A stretch of 63,591 nt of DNA, counting the filler, from Rhabdomonas costata (lineage: Eukaryota): assembly GCA_019059605.1 (NCBI GenBank). It is 55 parts of 55 records of this genome, joined end to end, with 100 filler letters (N's around TTAATTAATTAA, not from the genome) between each part and the next. Parts side by side here need not be neighbours in the genome. Positions count along the whole stretch, not along the records: positions 23,163 to 24,221 come from JAHMHO010030874.1; positions 24,322 to 25,379 come from JAHMHO010030875.1; positions 25,480 to 26,538 come from JAHMHO010030876.1; positions 26,639 to 27,696 come from JAHMHO010030877.1; positions 27,797 to 28,854 come from JAHMHO010030878.1; positions 28,955 to 30,012 come from JAHMHO010030879.1; positions 30,113 to 31,170 come from JAHMHO010030880.1; positions 31,271 to 32,328 come from JAHMHO010030881.1; 47 more parts are not named here. One strand, written 5' to 3'. Position 1 is the stretch's first letter, and the number at the start of each line of letters is the position of its first letter. The notes under the pieces were generated by a model. It saw only the letters and a list, made by a program, of their open reading frames with translations, did no database searches and had not been told where the DNA came from. A program made the translations under genes and the position numbers. Of this stretch, positions 23,858-34,995 are shown piece by piece.

Positions 23858-24015
23858 CCCACTATCCAGGTCTGGATAGTGCTCACTATCCAATAGCAGT
23901 TGGCTCCTGAAGGGCCATGAACGGCTCCCAGGAGGATTGCCAAACAAAAGGGACTGAACGGTGCGAAGGAAGGCCCACTATCCAGCTGGATAGTACTCAC
24001 TGTCCAGCAGCTTGG
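23858..24015. repeat. Two ~45-nt direct repeats, each containing a palindrome
   Basis: Copies at 23858-23903 and 23974-24015. Cores are CACTATCCAG-GT-CTGGATAGTG and ACTATCCAGCTGGATAGT, each followed by a third CACTRTCCA half-site. Confidence 0.85.
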
Positions 24016-24339
24016 ATGGCGTGTGGGAAAAAGGTCCAAAACCAAGATCCAAAACCAAATCCTTTTGTGGGCCTCTGACTCTCCAACCTTAACCCTTAAC
24101 TTCCCAACCCTCCACCCTCCACCTGCTTTTTGACCACGCCATCCAACATGGGAAACGCGCACTTCAAGAAAATTCACAGCAAACATCAAGTCAATTACAA
24201 AACACAATGGTCACCAACAAANNNNNNNNNNNNNNNNNNNNNNNNNNNNNNNNNNNNNNNNNNNNTTAATTAATTAANNNNNNNNNNNNNNNNNNNNNNN
24301 NNNNNNNNNNNNNNNNNNNNNGGGTGGGTGGGTATAGTT

Positions 24340-24720
24340 GAAGAACATTTGCAGATCAAGTTGCTATCATTTATGCCGCAGGAGCCTAGGTTGGATATTT
24401 AGGAGGAATTGTTGCACCAGCTCAAGTCTTTACAGACTGGAAAGAGTTTTCAGAAACGTGGAAGAGGCTGCTGTGTTTGTGTGTTGGAGAAGTTGATATT
24501 CTTGAAGGTGAAGTTCCAATTCTACCATCAGCAGTTTGTGACCTGGATGAATCTGTTAAAGGGGACAATTTTTGACAATGCTTTTTTTACAGTATACGTT
24601 TGTTAGAGGTTTGGAAGGTGACACCCAGGTCAAAGTTATGGCGAAGTATCCGCGGACACTTACAGAGGCAATGTATATTGACTGGACGTATTTCAGAAAG
24701 CTGAGACCATACACAGATGA
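24340..24720 (+). mobile_element. Degenerate Ty3/Gypsy-like gag
   Basis: FVRGLEGDTQVKVMAKYPRTLTEAM matches the Gag pattern F..GL....V....P.TL.EA. Frameshifted, and homologous to 52930-53169. Confidence 0.7.
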
Positions 24721-26958
24721 TTGTGGCGGTTCCAGAGAGCACTGTTTGGAGAGTAATCGCGGCGTAGTGTGCGGCGATTGATTTAGATGTAATAAGTCTT
24801 TATACCCTCTACAAAGAAAAATGTCAGCGGTGCCAATTCCACAGTTTACAGATGTATTTTTAACGTAAGTGTGGTGAAGAAAAGTGCAAATTTGTTCGAA
24901 ATGTCTGCATATCCAACGTTAACAACCAACCACATTTCCAGTTCTATAATTCTTCCGCAACCACGCAGCCACAATTTAATGTGACGCGTACGCCATTTCC
25001 AGACAGGAGGGTGGCTGAATCAAGAGAAATGTTGGCGCTTATAGGTCGAGGATACATTGAAGAGGAGAACGATGTTACAGATCACCTCCACTGCCTCGAA
25101 GCGGTGGACACAGAATTCCATCCTTTTCCAGGAGTAGGTTCGTTTCTCCGTCTCGACCCCCAAGCCAGGTGAGCAGGAAGCAGTCACCTTTTACGAGGTC
25201 AAGGTGTGAGCACGCGAAGCCGCAGGTCCGTTCCAGAGTTTGCACTTTTGTAGGGATTTTTGAATTGGCTAAGAAAGAGTTGGTACAGAGAAGTTTGACA
25301 AAGGGGTCAGTTGGAGAATATCAGAAGAGTGTAGAGCATCCGAACTAGTGGTGGCAGGAGGCAGGGCCGCTACTGCCATNNNNNNNNNNNNNNNNNNNNN
25401 NNNNNNNNNNNNNNNNNNNNNNNTTAATTAATTAANNNNNNNNNNNNNNNNNNNNNNNNNNNNNNNNNNNNNNNNNNNNAGACAAGACCAGCCAACAGCC
25501 CACGCAGAGATAAAGTCTTGCGATGATAAGTGCAATCATTGATGCTCACGTGTAGATTCGTTTGTTGAGTTTGTGCCCAGCGATGATTGATCTTCTTCTT
25601 TGATTTCCTTTTTTCGTGCTTGTGTTGGTTGTGCGTTGTAATTTGGTTGCAAGGGAGAAGCGCGGAGGCGAAAGAGCCGGCGCAAAACCAGAGGGTGGCA
25701 GAAGTGAGGATTGTAGCGAGAGCTTCACCAGTAGGGTGGTCTTCATACAACGGGGGCCCCACGAGCTGGCAGCGAGTGTGGATAGTAGGAGGCATGGCCG
25801 TAACGCAGTGGAGGACATGCCGAAAAGAAGATGCATGATGTATACCTGCCACTATGCATCCTTTCACCCCATAAGGGGCTTACATGATGCTCCGTCTGGG
25901 CGTAGCCACAGGAACAAAAATACAGGTAGAGGTGACGGAGGGCATGTCGACAAAGGAGGCATGACCGTATGGGGTAGAAGTAAAGACAGAACCCCATCAC
26001 TCAGGAATGCATAGATGGTAGAATGCATAGAAGGTACGAAGCATGGGTGCGTCAACTAGCAATGCGTAGTAGAATTGAAGGAAGGATGATGAGACGGAGC
26101 GTGGCGGAGTAGGAGGGTTCTTTTTCTCTCTCTCAAGGCATTCTTTCCCATACAGTCATGCTGAGTTACTGCATTCTTCACTCATAGTCATGCTGATACC
26201 GTTACACTTACGCCATAACTCACCAACAACATCCACACTACCACCTCAGAAGAGCGAAGAACACAAACACAGAATGCACTCAACCAAGCCATGCCAACAC
26301 ATCTAACCCCACGAACCCATCAACACTAACCCATCAACACGAACCCAACATCCCAACATCAGCCCTCAACCCACCAGCATCGACACATCATAAGCACTAA
26401 CACATCGCGTAACACCATGACAGCAAGAACACAACACGCGCTGACCCTACGACACAACAACAGAAGCACCAACCATACGACTACCATGACACCACAATAC
26501 ACCATACACCATACGCTAACAGAGGACATGAAACCACANNNNNNNNNNNNNNNNNNNNNNNNNNNNNNNNNNNNNNNNNNNNTTAATTAATTAANNNNNN
26601 NNNNNNNNNNNNNNNNNNNNNNNNNNNNNNNNNNNNNNTTTTGTGTTGTGCACCATTTTTGCACTGGTACTGAGTTCTTGGTGGCAAAAAATGACAAAGG
26701 TAGTGGCTTGGTAGTTTGCAGACGTGCTGGACGGCACACATGATGGACTGAGAATGGTCAAAGAAGAGCACCCTCGAATGACACGCCAGAAGTGACATGT
26801 TCAGGAAGCGCATCCAAAAAATCCATGATTCCTGTGCAAAAAACTTCGAATTACAATACAAAGGCGTTACCACCTGCAACGCTGGCATATGCACCCGGGC
26901 AGCCCGGGATTGTCAGCACTGTGCCTTGACGCGGCGGATGCGTGCCTTGGTAGCTAAC

Positions 26959-27508
26959 TCATGCCCGATAGCCACCCCTTTTTGCAGGAGGCTTGGGGGC
27001 CGCTTTGGCTTTTGCAGCCTTTGGTTTAGGCTTGGGTTCCGAAACCAGGGGGCCGCCGATACCTTCGCGACCTCGCAGCTTAACCTGCAGAACCTTTTCC
27101 ATTTTAGTCAGCACTTTCTCGTTGTAGATAGCTCGCCCAGCTTCGAATTCCGCAACCACGCCCTTAGGTTCATTAATGAGCTGAAAGAAATGCAAATGAC
27201 AGATGAAGAACGGCCCAACCTCGCTGATCCTTGCCGTACGCCACAAAGCCGGGCAGCGTACCCGTGCAAGATCCTCTTGTTTAAGCCCTCTTGCGTTGCG
27301 ACCTTGCATGATGGCCATTTTCACTTCGTTTGACACCGTTCTGTCTGTGATGGAAACCAAGTGGAAAATGACGCGAAATGGAACATGAACCGAAAGTCCC
27401 AGAAAAAGCACCCAAAAGACAACGCACGTTTCAGCTGATCCGTCTCCTCATCAAGTTTCCGAGCGCTTGGGCCCACGGTGGGAAAATGCTTGTTCTGCCC
27501 AGCAGCAA
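26959..27508 (-). CDS. MBF1: Multiprotein bridging factor 1, 3' part (3 exons)
   Basis: Exons 27508-27428, 27344-27262 and 27180-26959 (TGA); GT-AG introns of 83 and 81 nt. AAGQNK..ARKLDEETDQLKHRTVSNEVKMAIMQGRNARGLKQEDLAR|LINEPKGVVAEFEAGRAIYNEKVLTKMEKVLQVKLRG. Confidence 0.95.
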
Positions 27509-27796
27509 CTGTGAACGAAAAGCACAGTGGCTTCACAGACATAACAAAAGCCTCTGCACCATATAGACCAGCCATTTAGCCATTGCAGCTTCAAAGATTT
27601 TGGGCGAGGGCCACAGGTGTCACAGTCCTTTCCGATTTCCTTTAAAATGTCAACCAAAGAATTTACCGAATAGATAGTTCTGGAGGGGTACAACTANNNN
27701 NNNNNNNNNNNNNNNNNNNNNNNNNNNNNNNNNNNNNNNNTTAATTAATTAANNNNNNNNNNNNNNNNNNNNNNNNNNNNNNNNNNNNNNNNNNNN

Positions 27797-27979
27797 AAAG
27801 CGAAGTCCTAGGAGCTGTGGCTGACTCGACCAATGCTACAAATTGGATCAGACGCATTTCCAAAACGCCAGTTTCATACCATACGCGCACGCTGTCGGAT
27901 AAAACTGGCGTTTTGGAAATGCGTCTGATCCAATTTGTAGCATTGGTCGAGTCAGCCACAGCTCCTAGGACTTCGCTTT
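27797..27979. repeat. 78-bp perfect inverted repeat at contig start (probable WGA fold-back)
   Basis: 27797-27874 is the exact reverse complement of 27902-27979; 27-nt loop. Confidence 0.95.
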
Positions 27980-30900
27980 TTGAATCATGCTCTCCATTTC
28001 AGTTTGCGTCAATCATGAGTAGCACTGTGCTCCAGCCTTGAAAAAAGACGCTATCGTTTTGAAGTGGTAGGAAGGTGAAGAGATGACCGCAGGGCAAGTC
28101 TTTTTAAGTGGGCGTCGCTTGTTCAGGGACGTTGAGATCTATGGCCCCACACATCCCCGCGCGGCGAGATAACGGAGGTCTGCGTGCGTGTCCAGTGGGT
28201 GTGCTTCCAGTCATCCGGTCGTGAGTTCGGGAAATCCACCAAACTTTGTGTCTCTGTCTGCAGAGCTTCAAGACCGGGAAGCCAGAAAACGAAAGAGGTA
28301 TGGGGTAGTGTGGGCAATAACTGTCGCCTGCTGAAGAGCTTGTTCGCTCACATTTTTTGTCCTTGTTGCACTTGTCGGAGCTGGACTGTCTGTTCACCGC
28401 CTTGTTTTGGAAAGCGAGGGAGCCTGCAACCTTTCTGGTGCAATGCTGCAGCTGGGCTGGGTGTTGCTCCAGCTGAGCTTCAGAACTTATCGACAGCGTT
28501 TGACGGTTCACTGATGGGGTGGAATGCAAGTGGACATCCACTTCTTTTGTTCTGTTCCAGTGGAGTGGCCGCTCTCGCTTTGAGGTTTGTTTAGTTTTCT
28601 GGTGGTGCATATGTCCACTTTGCAGAGCAGAAGCTGTGCCCTTCACCATTGATTTCACCGTCCCTCTCAGTGAGGCAGCCGAGGCTGCCTTCTCTTTTCC
28701 ACCAAACCCGTTCAGCCTTTTGGTAAGTTCGGCTCCTTGCATTATGCATTGCTCGCTTACCTCCAGATTTCTGTAATTGTCCATTGTTCTGTAATTGTAC
28801 ATTACCTCTTTCCCTTGCAATGAATCTATGGAGGTGGAGTGAAGTACAGCAGCANNNNNNNNNNNNNNNNNNNNNNNNNNNNNNNNNNNNNNNNNNNNTT
28901 AATTAATTAANNNNNNNNNNNNNNNNNNNNNNNNNNNNNNNNNNNNNNNNNNNNTGTGTTCTGATGGCAAAGTGATGCCGTTTGTGCAACCAATGAATTC
29001 AGAACACACATTTTCAAATTTCACACAATTTCAATAAACAAAAGAGTAAAAATACATGTACAAAGATGGAATAATAACCAAGATAACAAAGCAGAAAACG
29101 ATAAAGGTTCCGAAGGAGCATAAAGCCAGAGTCTGAGAGGCCAGCAACTATTGATACAACATGTGGTTAGTCATCACATCCATGATCGAGATTGTCTGCA
29201 CGTTTTGAGTGACGTTGTATCATAGGCCTCATTGCGCCTTGCCTTTACGTCATTGTCTAGTACACATCACTAAGTCTTTCATATGACTCCCAAACACGCA
29301 TGTGTACTACTGGTATTACTAGAAATTGGTGCCAGCATCTCTGATTGCTCTCTGTGAAATGACTGAAATGACACAACCTTGCACATCGGAATAGGTTCAC
29401 GTGTGGTATTGGTCATGCACGTCACTCGTGTGCGTCCATGTGTATTGTTGTGGAACCTTACATGCTGTTGTCCATGGAGTAGCTTTTGACTTTGGTTCTG
29501 TGACGATGTTGGCCGGCCTTCCAACTCTGGATATCACGAGGAACATCTGGAAAGAAAAATCCACAACCTGCGACATTAAAAATGAGACCGTGACACCGTG
29601 ACACATTACAGACATTGCCACCAGCCCGTTGCACCACCATAGACACCACGGACTCCGACACACAACTCGACACACCACACCACAACCTCCAGTCCCACAG
29701 AACGAGATCACACAAACAATGCCAACAAACGCATTATCCAAACTCCACACATCCAATTCAAACAGCCCCATCTACCAAACAACCAACCGTGACACACTGA
29801 CCCACGGTCCCACCCACACACACACACCAATCAAATCTAACCAATTCAACACGAACGTCACACCCAGTCACCACACATCACCAATTCAAACCTAAAACCA
29901 AACCTTTCACCATAAGTGCAACTGCAACCATCATTAAAATCACACAACCGCAGCCTTTTAACCCAACACACAACCAAAATACCAAAATTCATAAAAGACA
30001 TAACACCAACCCNNNNNNNNNNNNNNNNNNNNNNNNNNNNNNNNNNNNNNNNNNNNTTAATTAATTAANNNNNNNNNNNNNNNNNNNNNNNNNNNNNNNN
30101 NNNNNNNNNNNNTCTCCCGTTTTCAAAAACATAATCCGCCCCCCCCCCCGGAGTATCATTTTTCCGCCGATACACACAATTACACATCTTCCGCAAATGT
30201 GTGTCCCTGCAGTTTTGGTCATATGCGTACATCGGCTGCAAAACTCAGTAAATCCCACTGTGGATAGGCGCCCCACATACGCACTCCCCCGCATCATCCG
30301 AATGCTACATGTGAACGAATACTTTAAGTGCGGGCAAAGTATCAGAAAAAACCTCACAGCCTCACCCCGTATGACACGAGAGGCATCTGGCCAATACACC
30401 AGTGCTTCATCTAGGTTGGTCAACGGAAAGGCGGTTTCAGATGTTTCTTGGGGTTCCATCATAAGCGGGTGCTTCGGGCACAGTCTCTCAGCCAGCGTCA
30501 TATCGGCGATGAAAGCGCGCCGTATAATAAGGGTGAAAGAGGGGCAATTCAGTCACAGTGTGTTTGCGATGAAGCGGTATCCCCAAATGCAGCTACAGGA
30601 GAGAGGAGGGTAAGCGAAGCCACCGGTAGAGCTGGTCCTCGTCCATCCCGAGGTGAGTCAGCAAGGAGACCAACCCCTCTCGAAACACCGAGAACTCTGC
30701 GCGCCACACCACAAGGCATGGAACGGGAATGAAAGGAAAAAAAAAGAACGCCAGACACCTCAAACCAATCTTGCCTTCAACGAGGAGGTTCAGCATTCAT
30801 AGAACTATGAACATTTGAGCACTCATGTCTGCTCTCTCTGGACAGTCAACCATGAAACCGCCGATAATGAGCACGGGACGGACTCCCGCGATGTCAACCG

Positions 30901-32544
30901 GAGCCTAACCCCCTCGTTACTCTCGCGCCTGGGGAGCTACACGTATGAGAAGTCCGCAGTTGACGGTATACGGCCTTAGGCCAATGAGCCAATGGGTAAA
31001 AGAAAAGCGCGGAAAGAAATGAGTTAGCGCGGCGCTGGGTGGTACTTGCAGTGGCTTGGGCAGGAAGCACAAAGGCACATACAGCCAACGCGAAAAAAGA
31101 ATAAAACGTTTCCTTGACAGTCCAATCGAGCCCACATCAAGAACCGTGATGGGGATCCACCAACAACAACNNNNNNNNNNNNNNNNNNNNNNNNNNNNNN
31201 NNNNNNNNNNNNNNTTAATTAATTAANNNNNNNNNNNNNNNNNNNNNNNNNNNNNNNNNNNNNNNNNNNNCGGAGGCCAAGGATCCGGGCGTTGGGACGG
31301 GGAGCGTTCCCAACGGCACAAGCGGTCTGTTACGCCCGCTGCGTTCTGCCCTGGCGGCGGTTCCACTCCTGCCGTGCCAGAGGTTGTCTTCTCCTGTCCT
31401 TTTCTGTTTTCCACCTCGATTGGTGCGTCTCTCATAGCTCCCTCACGGCAGACCTTTTTTTTTAGGTTTTCTTGTTGAGCGGATCCAGGGATACTTCTTC
31501 GCTGCTCGCAGCGCCTGCTCGAGTGTTGTTTTGCCTGAATTCACCGACAATTGTGTTTCAGTACAAAATCGGGGATGTAGTGGAACCAAATTCAGTCCTG
31601 TTGTTTAATCATAAAAGGTTGTTGGTGTGGCTTTCGTGCTCATGTCCCCAAGTTGGCAACACTGGATCCAGTGCTTTGCCTGAGCATTCACTGCATGACC
31701 CTCTCAATGGCTTGTCTCTTAAAGGCTGCGGTTTGTCGCTGTGTGGGCCCTCCGATGCGAGCTGCGTGCTGATCCAGACAGTTGCCTGACTGCCGACGAT
31801 TGGGAGAAGCTCAATACTCAGGGCATCGTGGATGAGCTGATTGAGTTTGCGAAGGGCTTGGGTGCCCCTTTGACCCCCGTCGTGACCCCTGAGGTTTTCT
31901 TTCCTTTTCTTTTTCGCCAGTTGCACAACTAACCTTAACAGGTGCTGGCAGAACCGCGTATGCAGACGGTACACCAGGGTTCTCTCCAATCGCGGAACCC
32001 CCGCAATTCAGCTTCTCCCTTCCATTCAATGTCCCCGAAAGAGATCCAGAAACGCTTGGCGGGTGGGCGTGCACAAGGCCCTTTCCGGATTTCTCCAAAC
32101 ACTGAGGATCCGGGGGCACTTCACGCAGTTCACTGAGAGAGCCAATGTTTCGGAAAAAGAGTACCCTTCCCCTTTCAGGCAAAGTTGTAGCAAGCTGGTG
32201 GACAGGCCGATCCGGTGCTGGGTTTGCCGGTTGTTTGTCGTAATCCCCCCCCCCCGTCGGCTCACACCTCAGGGAACAACACCAACGACAGCAGCCTCGC
32301 CGGCTAGGCGGAAGCCTGCCACCACCACNNNNNNNNNNNNNNNNNNNNNNNNNNNNNNNNNNNNNNNNNNNNTTAATTAATTAANNNNNNNNNNNNNNNN
32401 NNNNNNNNNNNNNNNNNNNNNNNNNNNNTATGTAGTTGTGTGTGTGGCTGCGGAGCAACATGTGTCGGATATGGAACGTAGGTGCGAAACGGGGAGGAGG
32501 ACCAATACACTACAGGTACAACCGTGAGAGAGGGAAGCGCTGTC

Positions 32545-32775
32545 AAAGGAAAAAAAAGGGGAAAAAGGGAGAGAAAAAAAGAGGAAGGAAAGGAAGAAAA
32601 GGGGAGGAAGAAAAAGAAAGAAGAAGAGAAGAAGAAGGGAGAGAGAGAAAGAAAAGGGAGAAGAGGGGGAAGAAGGAAGGAAGGGGGAAGAAGAGGAAGA
32701 AGGGAAAAGAAAAAAGAAAGAAAAGAGAGGGGAGGGGAGAGAGGGGGGGGGAAAGGGGAAGGTGAGGGGAGGGGG
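32545..32775. repeat. ~230-nt polypurine/polypyrimidine tract (intronic)
   Basis: Almost only A/G on the + strand; lies just inside the intron following exon 32911-32789 (-). Confidence 0.9.
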
Positions 32776-32788
32776 TTCCCGGGCGCAC

Positions 32789-33249
32789 CACGGAGTCCAG
32801 GCCCATCTTGTGGCTACTGCAGGTCAGGTGCAGCGCCACGGGCTCGGTGGTGGGCGTTATCTTCAGGTGAGGCAGCAAGAACTTCTTGATGAACTCAAAG
32901 GGCTCATAAACCTGTGCGCAGGTATGAGGGAATCGGGCATCGTCCCAAAAGACAACAAAAAGCGAATTCTAACGCGGGGGTATGTAGCTAAAGGAGGAAG
33001 GGCGCAGCCAGGCTACAACACAGGCTCTGTGAGTATGTGGATGGTCTTTAACCAAGTGCACAAATTGTGACTGTGCGTGCGTGCTTGTGTAAGCCACGCG
33101 GACCTTCAGTGAGCGGGCCGCTGCGGCTTGCTTGAGGTGAGCGGCACATGAACTGCCGTCGCACAGCACAGGCCACCGCCCGCCCTCGCTGGCGCCCAGC
33201 AGGGCCTGAACCGCGGCCTCCGCGGCATGCTCACCGGCCTGAGCGAACC
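32789..33249 (-). CDS. FAD/Fe-S oxidoreductase, D-lactate dehydrogenase Dld-II type, CCG-domain region (2 exons)
   Basis: Exons 33249-33104 and 32911-32789; GT-AG intron 33103-32912. ALLGASEGGRWPVLCDGSSC..LK|VYEPFEFIKKFLLPHLKI..EPVALHLTCSSHKMGL matches the bacterial pattern AL..AS.GG..P.L.D.SPC...LYEPV.F....L.....V..H.TCS...MG. Confidence 0.8.
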
Positions 33250-33585
33250 CTGAGAAGTGAATGTGGAAGAGATAAAAACAGTGTTGGTGAGGCAACATGC
33301 AGTGCATAGGTGGAGAAAAGACCGAGAAATTCCCAAAATAGCCTCTACAGCAGTTACAATCCGAAGCATTCCGGCCCATTCCGGTGTCAAGATACAGTAA
33401 ACATCGGCTCTGCCCTAAGATGCGCGGAAGAAACATATAAGTTGCAAAGGGGGTGGGGGGGCGCGTTGACACACACCCAACACCANNNNNNNNNNNNNNN
33501 NNNNNNNNNNNNNNNNNNNNNNNNNNNNNTTAATTAATTAANNNNNNNNNNNNNNNNNNNNNNNNNNNNNNNNNNNNNNNNNNNN

Positions 33586-34643
33586 GGGTTGTGGGCCTGG
33601 AGGAGTTCCTCGCGAAGTCGACCCAGGAGGGTCTCAGTGAGGCCCAGGTCACTGTGTTCGCTGTGTGTGTAAATATGTGTGAAAGCCATGCAGAGCAGCA
33701 GAGAAGGATTCTAAAAGGTCCCGACGTCCCGTGCCCTGGCGAAGAGCGCCAGGGATGGCTCTCTGTGGTCTGAAGATCTGAGGATCCCCTGGCTGACGAT
33801 GAGTTGAAGAGGTTGCAGAGCAGTAGTCGTGGAATGGGCGAGCGCAGGGGGTTGGAGCTCCCTAGAACCGCGGTTTAATCTGCCATTGAGGTATCCCAAG
33901 AACCTCCGCTCAGCAGCAGAGGGAGTGGTTCGCACCCCTGAGAGCGGCCAGGCAGCGGGAATGCATGTGACATCTCGCTGGAGTCTGGAGGCAGAAAAGA
34001 CCTCCACCAAAACCATTCCTTGTGAGTAGCCTTCATCATACCGCCCACTCGAGACCAGCGGGTTGGACCGTGATTTCGGTGCCTAGCAGCAGGTGTTTAC
34101 CCTGCACGCCCAAGCAGTGCGTATAGCGGTGGGGGGGGGAGTTGTGTCTTTGTTTTGGGGAAGAAACCGTCCGTGAGAAGAAGCCCGTGGACGGGGCCTT
34201 GCTCTGGTGAGGTTGACCCGCAACAGAGAGCCACGTAACAAGCGCAAGATCTAAAGCACGCTGTTCAACTGTTTCGCTTCCGGTTCCGAAGCCCCACGTC
34301 ATCTACTAGGGAAAAGAGTCACAGTCATACCCCTACCCTCCCTCTTCCGCCCGCTGTCTCTCTGACTTTTTTTACTTTCTTTGTGTTTTTGTTGGATTGG
34401 GACCCTTGTCTTGTTGGTCTTGTTGTCTCAGGCCACCGCGTTGTTCCGCGCGGTGGACGCCGACCAGGACGACCGCGTCAGCTGGGAGGAGGCCTGCCGG
34501 CACCTCCTGACACAGCTCTTCCTGCGGCGCCAGCCCTTCCTGGACACCGCGGCCCGGGCTGGGCTTAGTCCGGCTCAGGTCGAGGTCATCCTGGCCCGAG
34601 TCTCGGACTTCCCCTCGCCCGCGGCTACCACACCCCACCCCCC
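33586..34643 (+). CDS. EF-hand protein, partial (2 exons)
   Basis: Exons <33586-33647 and 34432->34643 join in phase 0: GLSEAQ|ATALFRAVDADQDDRVSWEE, a 12-residue EF loop. Confidence 0.75.
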
Positions 34644-34748
34644 NNNNNNNNNNNNNNNNNNNNNNNNNNNNNNNNNNNNNNNNNNNNTTAATTAATTAAN
34701 NNNNNNNNNNNNNNNNNNNNNNNNNNNNNNNNNNNNNNNNNNNTGGGT

Positions 34749-34995
34749 GTTAGGTGGCGATGCATGGGTCCCCTGGCATTATGATGGAGGCTTTTGCAGG
34801 GGGTTAGGTGGCGATGCATGGGTCCCCTGGCATTATGATGGAGGCTTTTGCAGGGGGTTAGGTGGCGATGCATGGGTCCCCTGGCATTATGATGGAGGCT
34901 TTTGCAGGGGGTTTGGAGGCGATACAGGGGTCTCCTGGGATTGCAATAAATGCTTTTGGAAGGGATTAGGAGGCGATTCGCCTGTCCTGGGATTC
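34749..34995. repeat. 54-bp minisatellite (3 identical plus 1-2 degenerate units)
   Basis: GTTAGGTGGCGATGCATGGGTCCCCTGGCATTATGATGGAGGCTTTTGCAGGGG at 34749, 34803 and 34857; decayed units at 34911 and 34965. Confidence 0.95.

Noticed and set aside
26200-26538. A/C-rich strand-skewed tract resembling a telomere-like or cryptic (pre-edited) sequence
   Set aside because: It is aperiodic, runs to the contig end and has the same composition as the primer tags; most likely a concatemer of semi-random G/T primers.
27797-27979. Long perfect hairpins (also 935-1054, 39386-39496, 53275-53341) as MITEs, pre-miRNAs or hairpin telomeres
   Set aside because: All four abut contig ends, have near-perfect outer arms with imperfect inner pairing, and share no sequence. 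This fits snap-back priming during amplification. The mirror ORFs MADSTNATNW... arise from the palindrome.
29600-30012. Second A/C-rich tract with His/Thr-rich ORFs
   Set aside because: Same primer-concatemer signature; the ORFs are compositional.
32436-32889. Lys/Arg/Glu-rich ORFs on + and a Phe/Leu/Ser-rich ORF on -
   Set aside because: These are translations of an intronic polypurine tract.
34749-34995. CRISPR array
   Set aside because: The units are contiguous with no unique spacers, there are no cas genes, and the context is eukaryotic.
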